64,000 bases of DNA, taken from positions 94,612,001 to 94,676,000 of the forward strand of contig OZ024741.1 in assembly GCA_964016885.1 (NCBI GenBank), written 5' to 3'. The notes below the pieces were generated by a model. It made no database searches and was not told the origin of the DNA. It saw nothing but the letters and a program-made list of their open reading frames with translations. This document shows, piece after piece, positions 37,701 through 50,350 of this stretch. The number at the start of each line of letters is the position of its first letter. Position 1 is the stretch's first letter. Source of the stretch: Eledone cirrhosa. Lineage: Eukaryota. A program made the translations under genes and the position numbers.

Positions 37701-40700
37701 GATGGAAGGTGGTGGTGGTGATATTGGTGATGGAAGGTGGTGGTGGTGATATTGGTAATGGGAGGTGGTGGTGGTGGTGATATTGGTAATGGGAGGTGGT
37801 GGTGGTGATATTGGTAATGGAAGGTGGTGGTGGTGGTGATATTGGTGATGGAAGGTGGTGGTGGTGATGATATTGGTAATGGGAGGTGGTGGTGGTGGTG
37901 ATATTGGTAATGGAAGGTGGTGGTGGTGGTGATATTGGTAATGGAAGGTGGTGGTGGTGGTGATATTGGTAATGGAAGGTGGTGGTGGTGGTGATATTGG
38001 TAATGGGAGGTGGTGGTGGTGGTGATATTGGTAATGGGAGGTGGTGGTGGTGGTGATATTGGTAATGGAAGGTGGTGGTGGTGGTGATATTGGTAATGGA
38101 AGGTGGTGGTGGTGGTGATATTGGTAATGAAAAGTGGTGGTGGTGATGGAAGGTGGTGGTGGTCATATTGGTGATGGACGGTGGTGGTGGTCATATTGGT
38201 GATGGACGGTGGTGGTGGTAATATTGGTGATGGAAGGTGGTGGTGGTGATATTGGTGATGGAAGGTGGTGGAGGTGATATTGGTGGTGGAAGGTGGTGGC
38301 GGTGGTGATATTGGTGATGGACGGTGGTGGTGGTGATATCGGTGATGGACGGTGGTGGTGGTAATATTGGTGATGGAAGGTGGTGGCGGTGGTGATATTG
38401 GTGATGGAAGGTGGTGGTGGTGATATTGGTGGTGGAAGGTGGTGGTGGTGATATTGGTGGTGGAAGGTGGTGGTGCTGATATTGGTGATGGAAGGTGGTG
38501 GTGGTGATACTGGTGATGGGAGGTGGTGGTGGTGATATTGGTAATGGGAGGTGGTGGTGGTGGTGATATTGGTAATGGAAGGTGGTGGTGGTGATATTGG
38601 TAATGGAAGGTGGTGGTGGTGGTGATATTGGTAATGGAAGGTGGTGGTGGTGATATTGGTGATGGAAGGTGGTGGTGGTGGTGATGGAAGGTGGTGGTGG
38701 TGATATTGATGATGGAAGGTGTTGGTGGTGTTGATATTGGTGATGGAAGGTGGTGGTGGTGGTGATGAAAGGTGGTGGTGGTGATATTGGTAATGGAAGG
38801 TGGTGGTGGTGATATTGGTGATGGTAGGTGTGGGGGTGATATTGGTGATGGAAGGTGTGGTGGTGATGGAAGGTGTGGTGGGGGTGATATTGGTGATGGA
38901 AGGTGGTGGTGGTGATGGAAGGTGTGGTGGGGGTGATATTGGTGATGGAAGGTGGTGGTGGTGATATTGGTGATGGAAGGTGGTGGTGGTGATATTGGTG
39001 ATGGAAGGTGGTGGTGGTGATATTGGTGATGGAAGGTGGTGGTGGTGATATTGGTGATGGAAGGTGGTGATGGTGGTGATATTGGTAATGGAAGGTGTGG
39101 TGGTGGTGATATTGGTGATGGAAGGTGGTGGTGGTAATATTGGTGATGGAAGGTGGTGGTGGCGATATTGGTGATGGAAGGTGTGGTGGTGGTGATATTG
39201 GTGATGGAAGGTGGTGGTGGTGATATTGGTGATGGAAGGTGGTGGTGGTGATATTGGTGATGGAAGGTGGTGGTGGTGATATTGGTAATGGAAGGTGGTG
39301 GTGGTGATATTGGTGATGGAAGGTGGTGATGGTGGTGATATTGGTAATGGAAGGTGGTGGTGGTGGTGATATTGGTGCTGGAAGGTGGTGATGGTGGTGA
39401 TATTGGTAATGGAAGGCGTGGTGGTGATGGAAGGTGGTGGTGGTGATATTGGTGCTGGAAGGTGGTGATGGTGGTGATATTGGTGATGGAAGGTGGTGGT
39501 GGTGGTGATATTGGTAATGGAAGGTGTTGGTGGTGATATTGGTGATGGAAGGTGGTGGTGGTGATATTGGTGATGGAAGGTGGTGATGGTGGTGATATTG
39601 GTAATGGAAGGTGGTGGTGGTGGTGATATTGGTAATGGAAGGTGGTGGTGGTGATATTGGTGATGGAAGGTGGTGGTGGTGATATTGGTGATGGAAGGTG
39701 GTGATGGTGGTGATATTGGTAATGGAAGGTGTGGTGGTGATGGAAGGTGGTGGTGGTGATATTGGTGCTGGAAGGTGGTGATGGTGGTGATATTGGTAAT
39801 GGAAGGCGTGGTGGTGATGGAAGGTGGTGGTGGTGATATTGGTGCTGGAAGGTGGTGATGGTGGTGATATTGGTGATGGAAGGTGGTGGTGGTGGTGATA
39901 TTGGTAATGGAAGGTGTTGGTGGTGATATTGGTGATGGAAGGTGGTGGTGGTGATATTGGTGATGGAAGGTGGTGATGGTGGTGATATTGGTAATGGAAG
40001 GTGGTGGTGGTGGTGATATTGGTAATGGAAGGTGGTGGTGGTGATATTGGTGATGGAAGGTGGTGGTGGTGATATTGGTGATGGAAGGTGGTGATGGTGG
40101 TGATATTGGTAATGGAAGGTGTGGTGGTGATGGAAGGTGGTGGTGGTGATATTGGTGATGGAAGGTGGTGGTGGTGATATTGGTAATGGAAGGTGGTGGT
40201 GGTGATATTGGTAATGGAAGGTGGTGGTGATATTGGTAATGGAAGGTGGTGGTGGTGATATTGGTGATGGAAGGTGGTGGTGGTGATATTGGTAATGGAA
40301 GGTGGTGGTGGTGATATTGGTGATGGAAGGTGGTGGTGGTGATATTGGTGATGGAAGGTGGTGGTGGTGATATTGGTGATGGGAGTGGGTGGTGGTGGTG
40401 ATATTGGTGATGGAAGGTGGTGGTGGTGATATTGGTGATGGAAGGTGGTGGTGGTGATATTGGTGATGGGAGTGGGTGGTGGTGGTGATATTGGTGATGG
40501 AAGGTGGTGGTGGTGGTGATATTGGTGATCGAAGGTGGTGGTGGGGGTGATATTGGTGGTGGTGGTGGTGATATTGGTAATGGAAGGAGGTGATGGTGGT
40601 GATATTGGTGATGGAAGGTGGTGGTGGTGATATTGGTGATGGAAGGTGGTGGTGGTGGTGGTGATCGAAGGTGGTGGTGGGGGTGATATTGGTGGTGGTG

Positions 40701-43700
40701 GTGGTGATATTGGTAATGGAAGGAGGTGATGGTGGTGATATTGGTGATGGAAGGTGGTGGTGGTGATATTGGTGATGGAAGGTGGTGGTGGTGATATTGG
40801 TGATGGAAGGTGGTGGTGGTGGTGATATTGGTGATGGAAGGTGGTGGTGGTGGTGGTGATATTGGTGATGGAAGGTGGTGGTGGTGATATTGGTGATGGA
40901 AGGTGGTGGTGGTGGCGATAACGGTGATGGAAGGTGGTGGTGGTGGTGATATTGGTGATGGAAGGTGGTGGTGGTGATATTGGTAATGGGAGGTGGTGGT
41001 GGTGGTGATATTGGTAATGGAAGGTGGTGGTGGTGGTGATATTGGTGATGGAAGGTGGTGGTGGTGGTGATATTGGTAATGGAAGATGGTGGTGGTGATA
41101 TTGGTGATGGAAGGTGGTGGTGGTGCTGATATTGGTAATGGAAGCTGGTGGTGGTGATATTGGTGATGGGAGGTGGTGGTGGTGGTGATATTGGTGATGG
41201 AAGGTGGTGGTGGTGATATTGGTGATGGAAGGTGGTGGTGGCGATATTGGTGATGGAAGGTGGTGGTGGTGGTGATATTGGTGATGGAAGGTGGTGGTGG
41301 TGATATTGGTGATGGAAGATGGTGGTGGTGGCGATACTGGTGATGGAAGGTGGTGGTGGTGGTGATATTGGTGATGGAAGGTGGTGGTGGTGGTGATATT
41401 GGTGATGGGAGGTGGTGGTGGTGGTGATATTGGTGATGGAAGGTGGTGGTGGTGATATTGGTGATGGAAGGTGGTGGTGGCGATATTGGTGATGGAAGGT
41501 GGTGGTGGTGGTGATATTGGTGATGGATGGTGGTGGTGGTGATATTGGTGATGGAAGGTGGTGGTGGTGGCGATACTGGTGATGGAAGGTGGTGGTGGTG
41601 GTGATATTGGTGATGGAAGGTGGTGGTGGTGGTGATATTGGTGATGGAAGGTGGTGGTGGTGGTGATATTGGTAATGGAAGATGGTGGTGGTGATATTGG
41701 TGATGGAAGGTGGTGGTGGTGCGGATATTGGTAATGGAAGCTGGTGGTGGTGATATTGGTGATGGGGGGGGTGATATTGGTAATGGGAGGTGGTGGTGGT
41801 GATATTGGTGATGGGAGGGGGTGGTGATATTGGTGATGGAAGGTGGTGGTGGTGATATTGGTAATGGAAGGTGGTGGTGGTGATATTGGTAATGGAAGGT
41901 GGTGGTGGTGGTGATATTGGTGATGGAAGGTGGTGGTGGTGATATTGGTGATGGAAGGTGGTGATGGTGGTGATATTGGTAATGGAAGGTGGTGGTGGTG
42001 GTGATATTGGTAATGGAAGGTGGTGGTGGTGATATTGGTGATGGAAGGTGGTGGTGGTGATATTGGTGATGGAAGGTGGTGATGGTGGTGATATTGGTAA
42101 TGGAAGGTGTGGTGGTGATGGAAGGTGGTGGTGGTGATATTGGTGATGGAAGGTGGTGGTGATATTGGTAATGGAAGGTGGTGGTGGTGATATTGGTAAT
42201 GGAAGGTGGTGGTGATATTGGTAATGGAAGGTGGTGGTGGTGATATTGGTGATGGAAGGTGGTGGTGGTGATATTGGTAATGGAAGGTGGTGGTGGTGAT
42301 ATTGGTGATGGAAGGTGGTGGTGGTGATATTGGTGATGGAAGGTGGTGGTGGTGATATTGGTGATGGGAGTGGGTGGTGGTGGTGATATTGGTGATGGAA
42401 GGTGGTGGTGGTGATATTGGTGATGGAAGGTGGTGGTGGTGATATTGGTGATGGGAGTGGGTGGTGGTGGTGATATTGGTGATGGAAGGTGGTGGTGGTG
42501 GTGATATTGGTGATCGAAGGTGGTGGTGGGGGTGATATTGGTGGTGGTGGTGGTGATATTGGTAATGGAAGGAGGTGATAGTGGTGATATTGGTGATGGA
42601 AGGTGGTAGTGGTGATATTGGTGATGGGAGTGGGTGGTGGTGGTGATATTGGTGATGGAAGGTGGTGGTGGTGATATTGGTGATGGAAGGTGGTGGTGGT
42701 GATATTGATGATGGGAGTGGGTGGTGGTGGTGATATTGGTGATGGAAGGTGGTGGTGGTGATATTGGTGATGGAAGGTGGTGGTGGTGATATTGGTGATG
42801 GGAGTGGGTGGTGGTGGTGATATTGGTGATGGAAGGTGGTGGTGGTGGTGATATTGGTGATCGAAGGTGGTGGTGGGGGTGATATTGGTGGTGGTGGTGG
42901 TGATATTGGTAATGGAAGGAGGTGATGGTGGTGATATTGGTGATGGAAGGTGGTGGTGGTGATATTGGTGATGGAAGGTGGTGGTGGTGGTGATCGAAGG
43001 TGGTGGTGGGGGTGATATTGGTGGTGGTGGTGGTGATATTGGTAATGGAAGGAGGTGATGGTGGTGATATTGGTGATGGAAGGTGGTGGTGGTGATATTG
43101 GTGATGGAAGGTGGTGGTGGTGATATTGGTGATGGAAGGTGGTGGTGGTGGTGATATTGGTGATGGAAGGTGGTGGTGGTGGTGGTGATATTGGTGATGG
43201 AAGGTGGTGGTGGTGATATTGGTGATGGAAGGTGGTGGTGGTGGCGATAATGGTGATGGAAGGTGGTGGTGGTGGTGATATTGGTGATGGAAGGTGGTGG
43301 TGGTGATATTGGTAATGGGAGGTGGTGGTGGTGGTGATATTGGTAATGGAAGGTGGTGGTGGTGGTGGTGATATTGGTGATGGAAGGTGGTGGTGGTGGT
43401 GATATTGGTAATGGAAGATGGTGGTGGTGATATTGGTGATGGAAGGTGGTGGTGGTGCTGATATTGGTAATGGAAGCTGGTGGTGGTGATATTGGTGATG
43501 GGAGGTGGTGGTGGTGGTGATATTGGTGATGGAAGGTGGTGGTGGGTGATATTGGTGATGGAAGGTGGTGGTGGCGATATTGGTGATGGAAGGTGGTGGT
43601 GGTGGTGATATTGGTGATGGAAGGTGGTGGTGGTGATATTGGTGATGGAAGGTGGTGGTGGTGGCGATACTGGTGATGGAAGGTGGTGGTGGTGGTGATA

Positions 43701-45073
43701 TTGGTGATGGAAGGTGGTGGTGGTGGTGATATTGGTGATGGGAGGTGGTGGTGGTGGTGATATTGGTGATGGAAGGTGGTGGTGGTGATATTGGTGATGG
43801 AAGGTGGTGGTGGCGATATTGGTGATGGAAGGTGGTGGTGGTGGTGATATTGGTGATGGAAGGTGGTGGTGGTGATATTGGTGATGGAAGGTGGTGGTGG
43901 TGGCGATACTGGTGATGGAAGGTGGTGGTGGTGGTGATATTGGTGATGGAAGGTGGTGGTGGTGGTGATATTGGTGATGGAAGGTGGTGGTGGTGATATT
44001 GGTGATGGGGGGGGGGGGTGATATTGGTAATGGGAGGTGGTGGTGGTGATATTGGTGATGGGAGGGGGTGGTGATATTGGTGATGGAAGGTGGTGGTGGT
44101 GATATTGGTAATGGAAGGTGGTGGTGGTGATATTGGTAATGGAAGGTGGTGGTGGTGGTGATATTGGTGATGGAAGGTGGTGGTGGTGATATTGGTAATG
44201 GAAGGTGGTGGTGATATTGGTAATGGAAGGTGGTGGTGGTGATATTGGTAATGGAAGGTGGTGGTGGTGGTGATATTGGGTGATGGAAGGTGGTGGTGGT
44301 GATGTTGGTGATGAAAGGTGGTGGTGGTGGTGATATTGGTAATGGAAGGTGGTGGTGGTGATATTGGTAATGGAAGCTGGTGGTGGTGATATTGGTGATG
44401 GAAGGTGGTGGTGGTGGTGATGATATTGGTAATGGAAGCTGGTGGTGGTGGTGATATTGGTAATGGAAGGTGGTGGTGGTGATATTGGTAATGGAAGGTG
44501 GTGGTGGTGATATTGGGAATGGAAGGTGGTGGTGGTGGTGGTGATATTGGTAATGGAAGGTGGTGGTGGTGATATTGGTAATGGAAGCTGGTGGTGGTGA
44601 TATTGGGAATGGAAGGTGGTGGTGGTGGTGGTGATATTGGTAATGGAAGGTGGTGGTGGTGGTGATATTGGTAATGGAAGGTGGTGGTGGTGATATTGGG
44701 AATGGAAGGTGGTGGTGGTGGTGGTGATATTGGTAATGGAAGGTGGTGGTGGTGGTGATATTGGTAATGGAAGGTGGTGGTGGTGATATTGGTAATGGAA
44801 GCTGGTGGTGGTGGTGATATTGGGAATGGAAGGTGGTGGTGGTGGTGGTGATATTGGTAATGGAAGCTGGTGGTGGTGATATTGGTGATGGAAGGTGGTG
44901 ATATTGGTAATGGAAGGTGGTGGTGGTGATATTGGTGATGGAAGGTGGTGGTGGTGGTCATATTGGTGATGGAAGGTGGTGGTGGTGATATTGGTGATGG
45001 AAGGTGGTGGTGGTGGTCATATTGGTGATGGAAGGTGGTGGTGGTGATATTGGTAATGAAAGTTGGTGGTGGT
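10714..45073. repeat. Minisatellite array A: (GGT)n GATATTGGT(G/A)AT GGAA, modal unit 28 bp, roughly 1,200 units
   Basis: Directly visible across ~34 kb; n is mostly 3-6; copy number estimated as length/unit. Confidence 0.99.
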
Positions 45074-45461
45074 GGGAGCAGTGGTGGTGGTGGTGGTGGT
45101 GGTAACAGCGATGCTGGTGCTGGTGGAGGAGGTGGAATGTAGTAAAGAGGGGGTGGTAGGATTGTGGCAGAGCTAATTAGATGATGGTAAACCCAAACAA
45201 CAAGTTCTCCTATACTAGGAAGAGACAGACATTAAAAGAAGACACAACAATAACAACAGCTACAACAGAAAAATGTTCCCAAATCAAAACAAAACACACA
45301 CAACAATTTTAAAAAATATAATAAACCAACAAAAGAATGAAACCACTAAGAGGGTAAGAAGGTGGTGGTGGTGGTGGTGGTGGTGGTATGCATGTATTGT
45401 TGGTGATGGAAGTATTGTTATTAGTTTTATTGTTGTTGTTGTAATAAGTGGTAGTGGTGGT

Positions 45462-48400
45462 GAGGGGTGGTGGTAGTAGTGGTGGTATGTATTGGGAGGG
45501 GTGGTGGTCGTAGTGGTAGTATGTATTGTGAGGGGTGGTAGTAGTGGTGGTATGTATTGTGAGGGGTGGTAGTAGTGGTGGTGGTATGTATTGTTGTGAG
45601 GGGTGGTGGTAGTAGTGGTGGTATGTATTGTTGTGAGGGGTGGTGGTAGTAGTGGTAGTATGTATTGTTGTGAGGGGTGGTGGTAGTAGTGGTGGTAGTA
45701 GTGGTGGTATGTATTGTGGTAGTAGTGGTGGTAGTAGTGGTGGTAGTAGTGGTGGTATGTATTGTGGTAGTAGTGGTGGTTGTAGTGGTGGTATGTATTG
45801 TTGTGAGGGGTGGTGGTAGTAGTGGTGGTATGTATTGTGGTAGTAGTGGTGGTTGTAGTGGTGGTATATATTGTTGTGAGGGGTGGTGGTAGTAGTGGTG
45901 GTATGTATTGTTGTGAGGGGTGGTGGTAGTAGTGGTGGTATGTATTGTGGTAGTAGTGGTGGTTGTAGTGGTGGTATATATTGTTGTGAGGGGTGGTGGT
46001 AGTAGTGGTGGTATGTATTGTTGTGAGGGGTGGTGGTAGTAGTGGTGGTAGTAGTGGTGGTATGTATTGTGGTAGTAGTGGTGGTTGTAGTGGTGGTATA
46101 TATTGTTGTGAGGGGTGGTGGTAGTAGTGGTGGTATGTATTGTTGTGAGGGGTGGTGGTAGTAGTGGTGGTATGTATTGTTGTGAGGGGTGGTGGTAGTA
46201 GTGGTGGTATGTATTGTTGTGAGGGGTGGTGGTAGTAGTGGTGGTATGTATTGTGGTAGTAGTGGTGGTTGTAGTGGTGGTATATATTGTTGTGAGGGGT
46301 GGTGGTAGTAGTGGTGGTATGTATTGTTGTGAGGGGTGGTGGTAGTAGTGGTGGTATGTATTGTGGTAGTAGTGGTGGTTGTAGTGGTGGTATATATTGT
46401 TGTGAGGGGTGGTGGTAGTAGTGGTGGTATGTATTGTTGTGAGGGGTGGTGGTAGTAGTGGTGGTATGTATTGTGGTAGTAGTGGTGGTTGTAGTGGTGG
46501 TATATATTGTTGTGAGGGGTGGTGGTAGTAGTGGTGGTATGTATTGTTGTGAGGGGTGGTGGTAGTAGTGGTGGTAGTAGTGGTGGTATGTATTGTGGTA
46601 GTAGTGGTGGTTGTAGTGGTGGTATATATTGTTGTGAGGGGTGGTGGTAGTAGTGGTGGTATGTATTGTTGTGAGGGGTGGTGATAGTAGTGGTGGTATG
46701 TATTGTTGTGAGGGGTGGTGGTAGTAGTGGTGGTATGTATTGTTGTGAGGGGTGGTGGTAGTAGTGGTGGTAGTAGTGGTGGTATGTATTGGGAGGGGTG
46801 GTGGTAGTAGTGGTGGTATGTATTGTTGTGAGGGGTGGTGGTAGTAGTGGTGGTATGTATTGGGAGGGGTGGTGGTAGTAGTGGTGGTATGTATTGTTGT
46901 GAGGGGTGGTGGTAGTAGTGGTGGTATGTATTGTTGTGAGGGGTGGTGGTAGTAGTGGTGGTATGTATTGTTGTGAGGGGTGGTGGTAGTAGTGGTGGTA
47001 GTAGTGGTGGTATGTATTGGGAGGGGTGGTGGTAGTAGTGGTGGTATGTATTGTTGTGAGGGGTGGTGGTAGTAGTGGTGGTATATATTGTTGTGAGGGG
47101 TGGTGGTAGTAGTGGTGGTATGTATTGTTGTGAGGGGTGGTGGTAGTAGTGGTGGTAGTAGTGGTGGTATGTATTGGGAGGGGTGGTGGTAGTAGTGGTG
47201 GTATGTATTGTTGTGAGGGGTGGTGGTAGTAGTGGTGGTATGTATTGGGAGGGGTGGTGGTAGTAGTGGTGGTATGTATTGGGAGGGGTGGTGGTAGTAG
47301 TGGTGGTATGTATTGTTGTGAGGGGTGGTGGTAGTAGTGGTGGTAGTAGTGGTGGTATGTATTGTGGTAGTAGTGGTGGTTGTAGTGGTGGTATATATTG
47401 TTGTGAGGGGTGGTGGTAGTAGTGGTGGTATATATTGTTGTGAGGGGTGGTGGTAGTAGTGGTGGTATGTATTGTTGTGAGGGGTGGTGGTAGTAGTGGT
47501 GGTATATATTGTTGTGAGGGGTGGTGGTAGTAGTGGTGGTATGTATTGTTGTGAGGGGTGGTGGTAGTAGTGGTGGTATGTATTGTTGTGAGGGGTGGTG
47601 GTAGTAGTGGTGGTATGTATTGTTGTGAGGGGTGGTGGTAGTAGTGGTGGTATATATTGTTGTGAGGGGTGGTGGTAGTAGTGGTGGTATGTATTGTTGT
47701 GAGGGGTGGTGGTAGTAGTGGTGGTAGTAGTGGTGGTATGTATTGGGAGGGGTGGTGGTAGTAGTGGTGGTATGTATTGGGAGGGGTGGTGGTAGTAGTG
47801 GTGGTATGTATTGGGAGGGGTGGTGGTAGTAGTGGTGGTATGTATTGTTGTGAGGGGTGGTGGTAGTAGTGGTGGTATGTATTGGGAGGGGTGGTGGTTG
47901 TAGTGGTGGTATGTATTGGGAGGGGTGGTGGTAGTAGTGGTGGTATGTATTGTTGTGAGGGGTGGTGGTAGTAGTGGTGGTATGTATTGGGAGGGGTGGT
48001 GGTAGTAGTGGTGGTATGTATTGGGAGGGGTGGTGGTAGTAGTGGTGGTATGTATTGTTGTGAGGGGTGGTGGTAGTAGTGGTGGTATGTATTGGGAGGG
48101 GTGGTGGTAGTAGTGGTGGTATGTATTGGGAGGGGTGGTGGTAGTAGTGGTGGTATATATTGTTGTGAGGGGTGGTGGTAGTAGTGGTGGTATGTATTGT
48201 TGTGAGGGGTGGTGGTAGTAGTGGTGGTAGTAGTGGTGGTATGTATTGGGAGGGGTGGTGGTAGTAGTAGTGGTGGTATATATTGTGAGGGGTGGTGGTA
48301 GTAGTGGTGGTATGTATTGTTGTGAGGGGTGGTGGTAGTAGTGGTGGTATGTATTGGGAGGGGTGGTGGTAGTAGTGGTGGTATGTATTGTTGTGAGGGG

Positions 48401-49653
48401 TGGTGGTAGTAGTGGTGGTATGTATTGTGAGGGGTGGTGGTAGTAGTGGTGGTATGTATTGTTGTGAGGGGTGGTGGTAGTAGTGGTGGTATGTATTGGG
48501 AGGGGTGGTGGTAGTAGTGGTGGTATGTATTGGGAGGGGTGGTGGTAGTAGTGGTGGTATGTATTGTTGTGAGGGGTGGTGGTAGTAGTGGTGGTATGTA
48601 TTGTGAGGGGTGGTGGTAGTAGTGGTGGTATGTATTGTTGTGAGGGGTGGTGGTAGTAGTGGTGGTATGTATTGGGAGGGGTGGTGGTAGTAGTGGTGGT
48701 ATGTATTGGGAGGGGTGGTGGTAGTAGTGGTGGTATGTATTGTTGTGAGGGGTGGTGGTAGTAGTGGTGGTATGTATTGTTGTGAGGGGTGGTGGTAGTA
48801 GTGGTGGTATGTATTGTTGTGAGGGGTGGTGGTAGTAGTGGTGGTATGTATTGGGAGGGGTGGTGGTAGTAGTGGTGGTATGTATTGGGAGGGGTGGTGG
48901 TAGTAGTGGTGGTATGTATTGTTGGGAGGGGTGGTGGTAGTAGTGGTGGTATGTATTGGGAGGGGTGGTGGTAGTAGTGGTGGTATGTATTGGGAGGGGT
49001 GGTGGTAGTAGTGGTGGTATGTATTGGGAGGGGTGGTGGTAGTAGTGGTGGTATGTATTGTTGTGAGGGGTGGTGGTAGTAGTGGTGGTATATATTGTTG
49101 TGAGGGGTGGTGGTAGTAGTGGTGGTATGTATTGTTGTGAGGGGTGGTGGTAGTAGTGGTGGTAGTAGTGGTGGTATGTATTGGGAGGGGTGGTGGTAGT
49201 AGTGGTGGTATGTATTGTTGTGAGGGGTGGTGGTAGTAGTGGTGGTATGTATTGGGAGGGGTGGTGGTAGTAGTGGTGGTATGTATTGGGAGGGGTGGTG
49301 GTAGTAGTGGTGGTATGTATTGTTGGGAGGGGTGGTGGTAGTAGTGGTGGTATGTATTGGGAGGGGTGGTGGTAGTAGTGGTGGTATGTATTGGGAGGGG
49401 TGGTGGTAGTAGTGGTGGTATGTATTGGGAGGGGTGGTGGTAGTAGTGGTGGTATGTATTGTTGTGAGGGGTGGTGGTAGTAGTGGTGGTATATATTGTT
49501 GTGAGGGGTGGTGGTAGTAGTGGTGGTATGTATTGTTGTGAGGGGTGGTGGTAGTAGTGGTGGTAGTAGTGGTGGTATGTATTGGGAGGGGTGGTGGTAG
49601 TAGTGGTGGTATGTATTGGGAGGGGTGGTGGTAGTAGTGGTGGTATGTATTGT
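45462..49653. repeat. Minisatellite array B: GAGG GGT GGT GGT AGT AGT GGT GGT ATG TAT (TGT TGT | TGG), 37/34 bp, roughly 115 units
   Basis: Directly visible; copy number estimated as length/unit. Confidence 0.98.
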
Positions 49654-50350
49654 GGTTGATGATGGTAGTAGTAATTATAGCATTGTTATTAGTGTTGTTG
49701 TTGTAGGTGGTAGTGGTGGTGAGTATCATTGTTGTGAGGGATGATGGTGGTGGTGGTGGTGGCAGCAATTGAGGTATTACTGTGGTGGCAGTGTTGTTCA
49801 TGATGGAGATGGTAGTGGTGGTAGTGATGGTGGTAGTGGTAGTGGTGGTGATGGTGGTGGCAGTGGTGGTGTGGGTGGTGATAGTGGTGGTATGGGTGGT
49901 GATGGTGGGGTGGTTGTGGTGATGATGGTAGTGGTGATAGTGGTGGTGATGGTGGTAGTAGTGGTGGTAGTGGTAGTGGTGGTGATTGTGGTGGCAGTGG
50001 TGGTGTGGGTGGTGTAGTGGTGGTATGGGTGGTGAAGGTGGTGGTGGTTTTGGTGGTGATGGTGATGATAGTGGTGGTGATGGTGGTAGTAGTGATCGTG
50101 ATGGTGGTGGTAGTGGTGGTGGTGGTGGTGGCAGCAATTGATGTATAGACTGTGAAGGCGGTGCTGTTGGAGGTCTTGGTGGTGGCAGTGATGGTGGTAT
50201 GCATTGATTAAAGCATTGTTGTTGACAGTAGTGGTGATGTGCTGACTGTATAGATGGCGAAGGTTGTGGTGATGGAGGTAGAAGTGGAGGTGGTGGGAGC
50301 AATGATGATATGTACTGTTGCTGATGCTGATGATGGTAGTATTGATGGTG
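49654..50350. repeat. Degenerate GGT/AGT/GAT low-complexity triplet region
   Basis: Triplet periodicity with no fixed longer unit. Confidence 0.85.

Noticed and set aside
10508-44961. Giant minus-strand His/Pro/Thr ORFs as extensin/mucin-like genes
   Set aside because: They overlap in different frames, encode the same repeat, start at sporadic variant ATGs and have no unique domain; explained by a stop-free C/A-rich strand.
10714-45073. Roughly 1,200 CCAAT, GATA and GGAA cores as a transcription-factor sponge
   Set aside because: Only 4-5 bp cores; flanks do not fit NF-Y, WGATAR or CCGGAAGT consensus, so there is no support without binding data.
45284-50302. 1,672-aa Pro/His/Thr ORF
   Set aside because: Translation of array B and low-complexity flanks with a non-ATG start.
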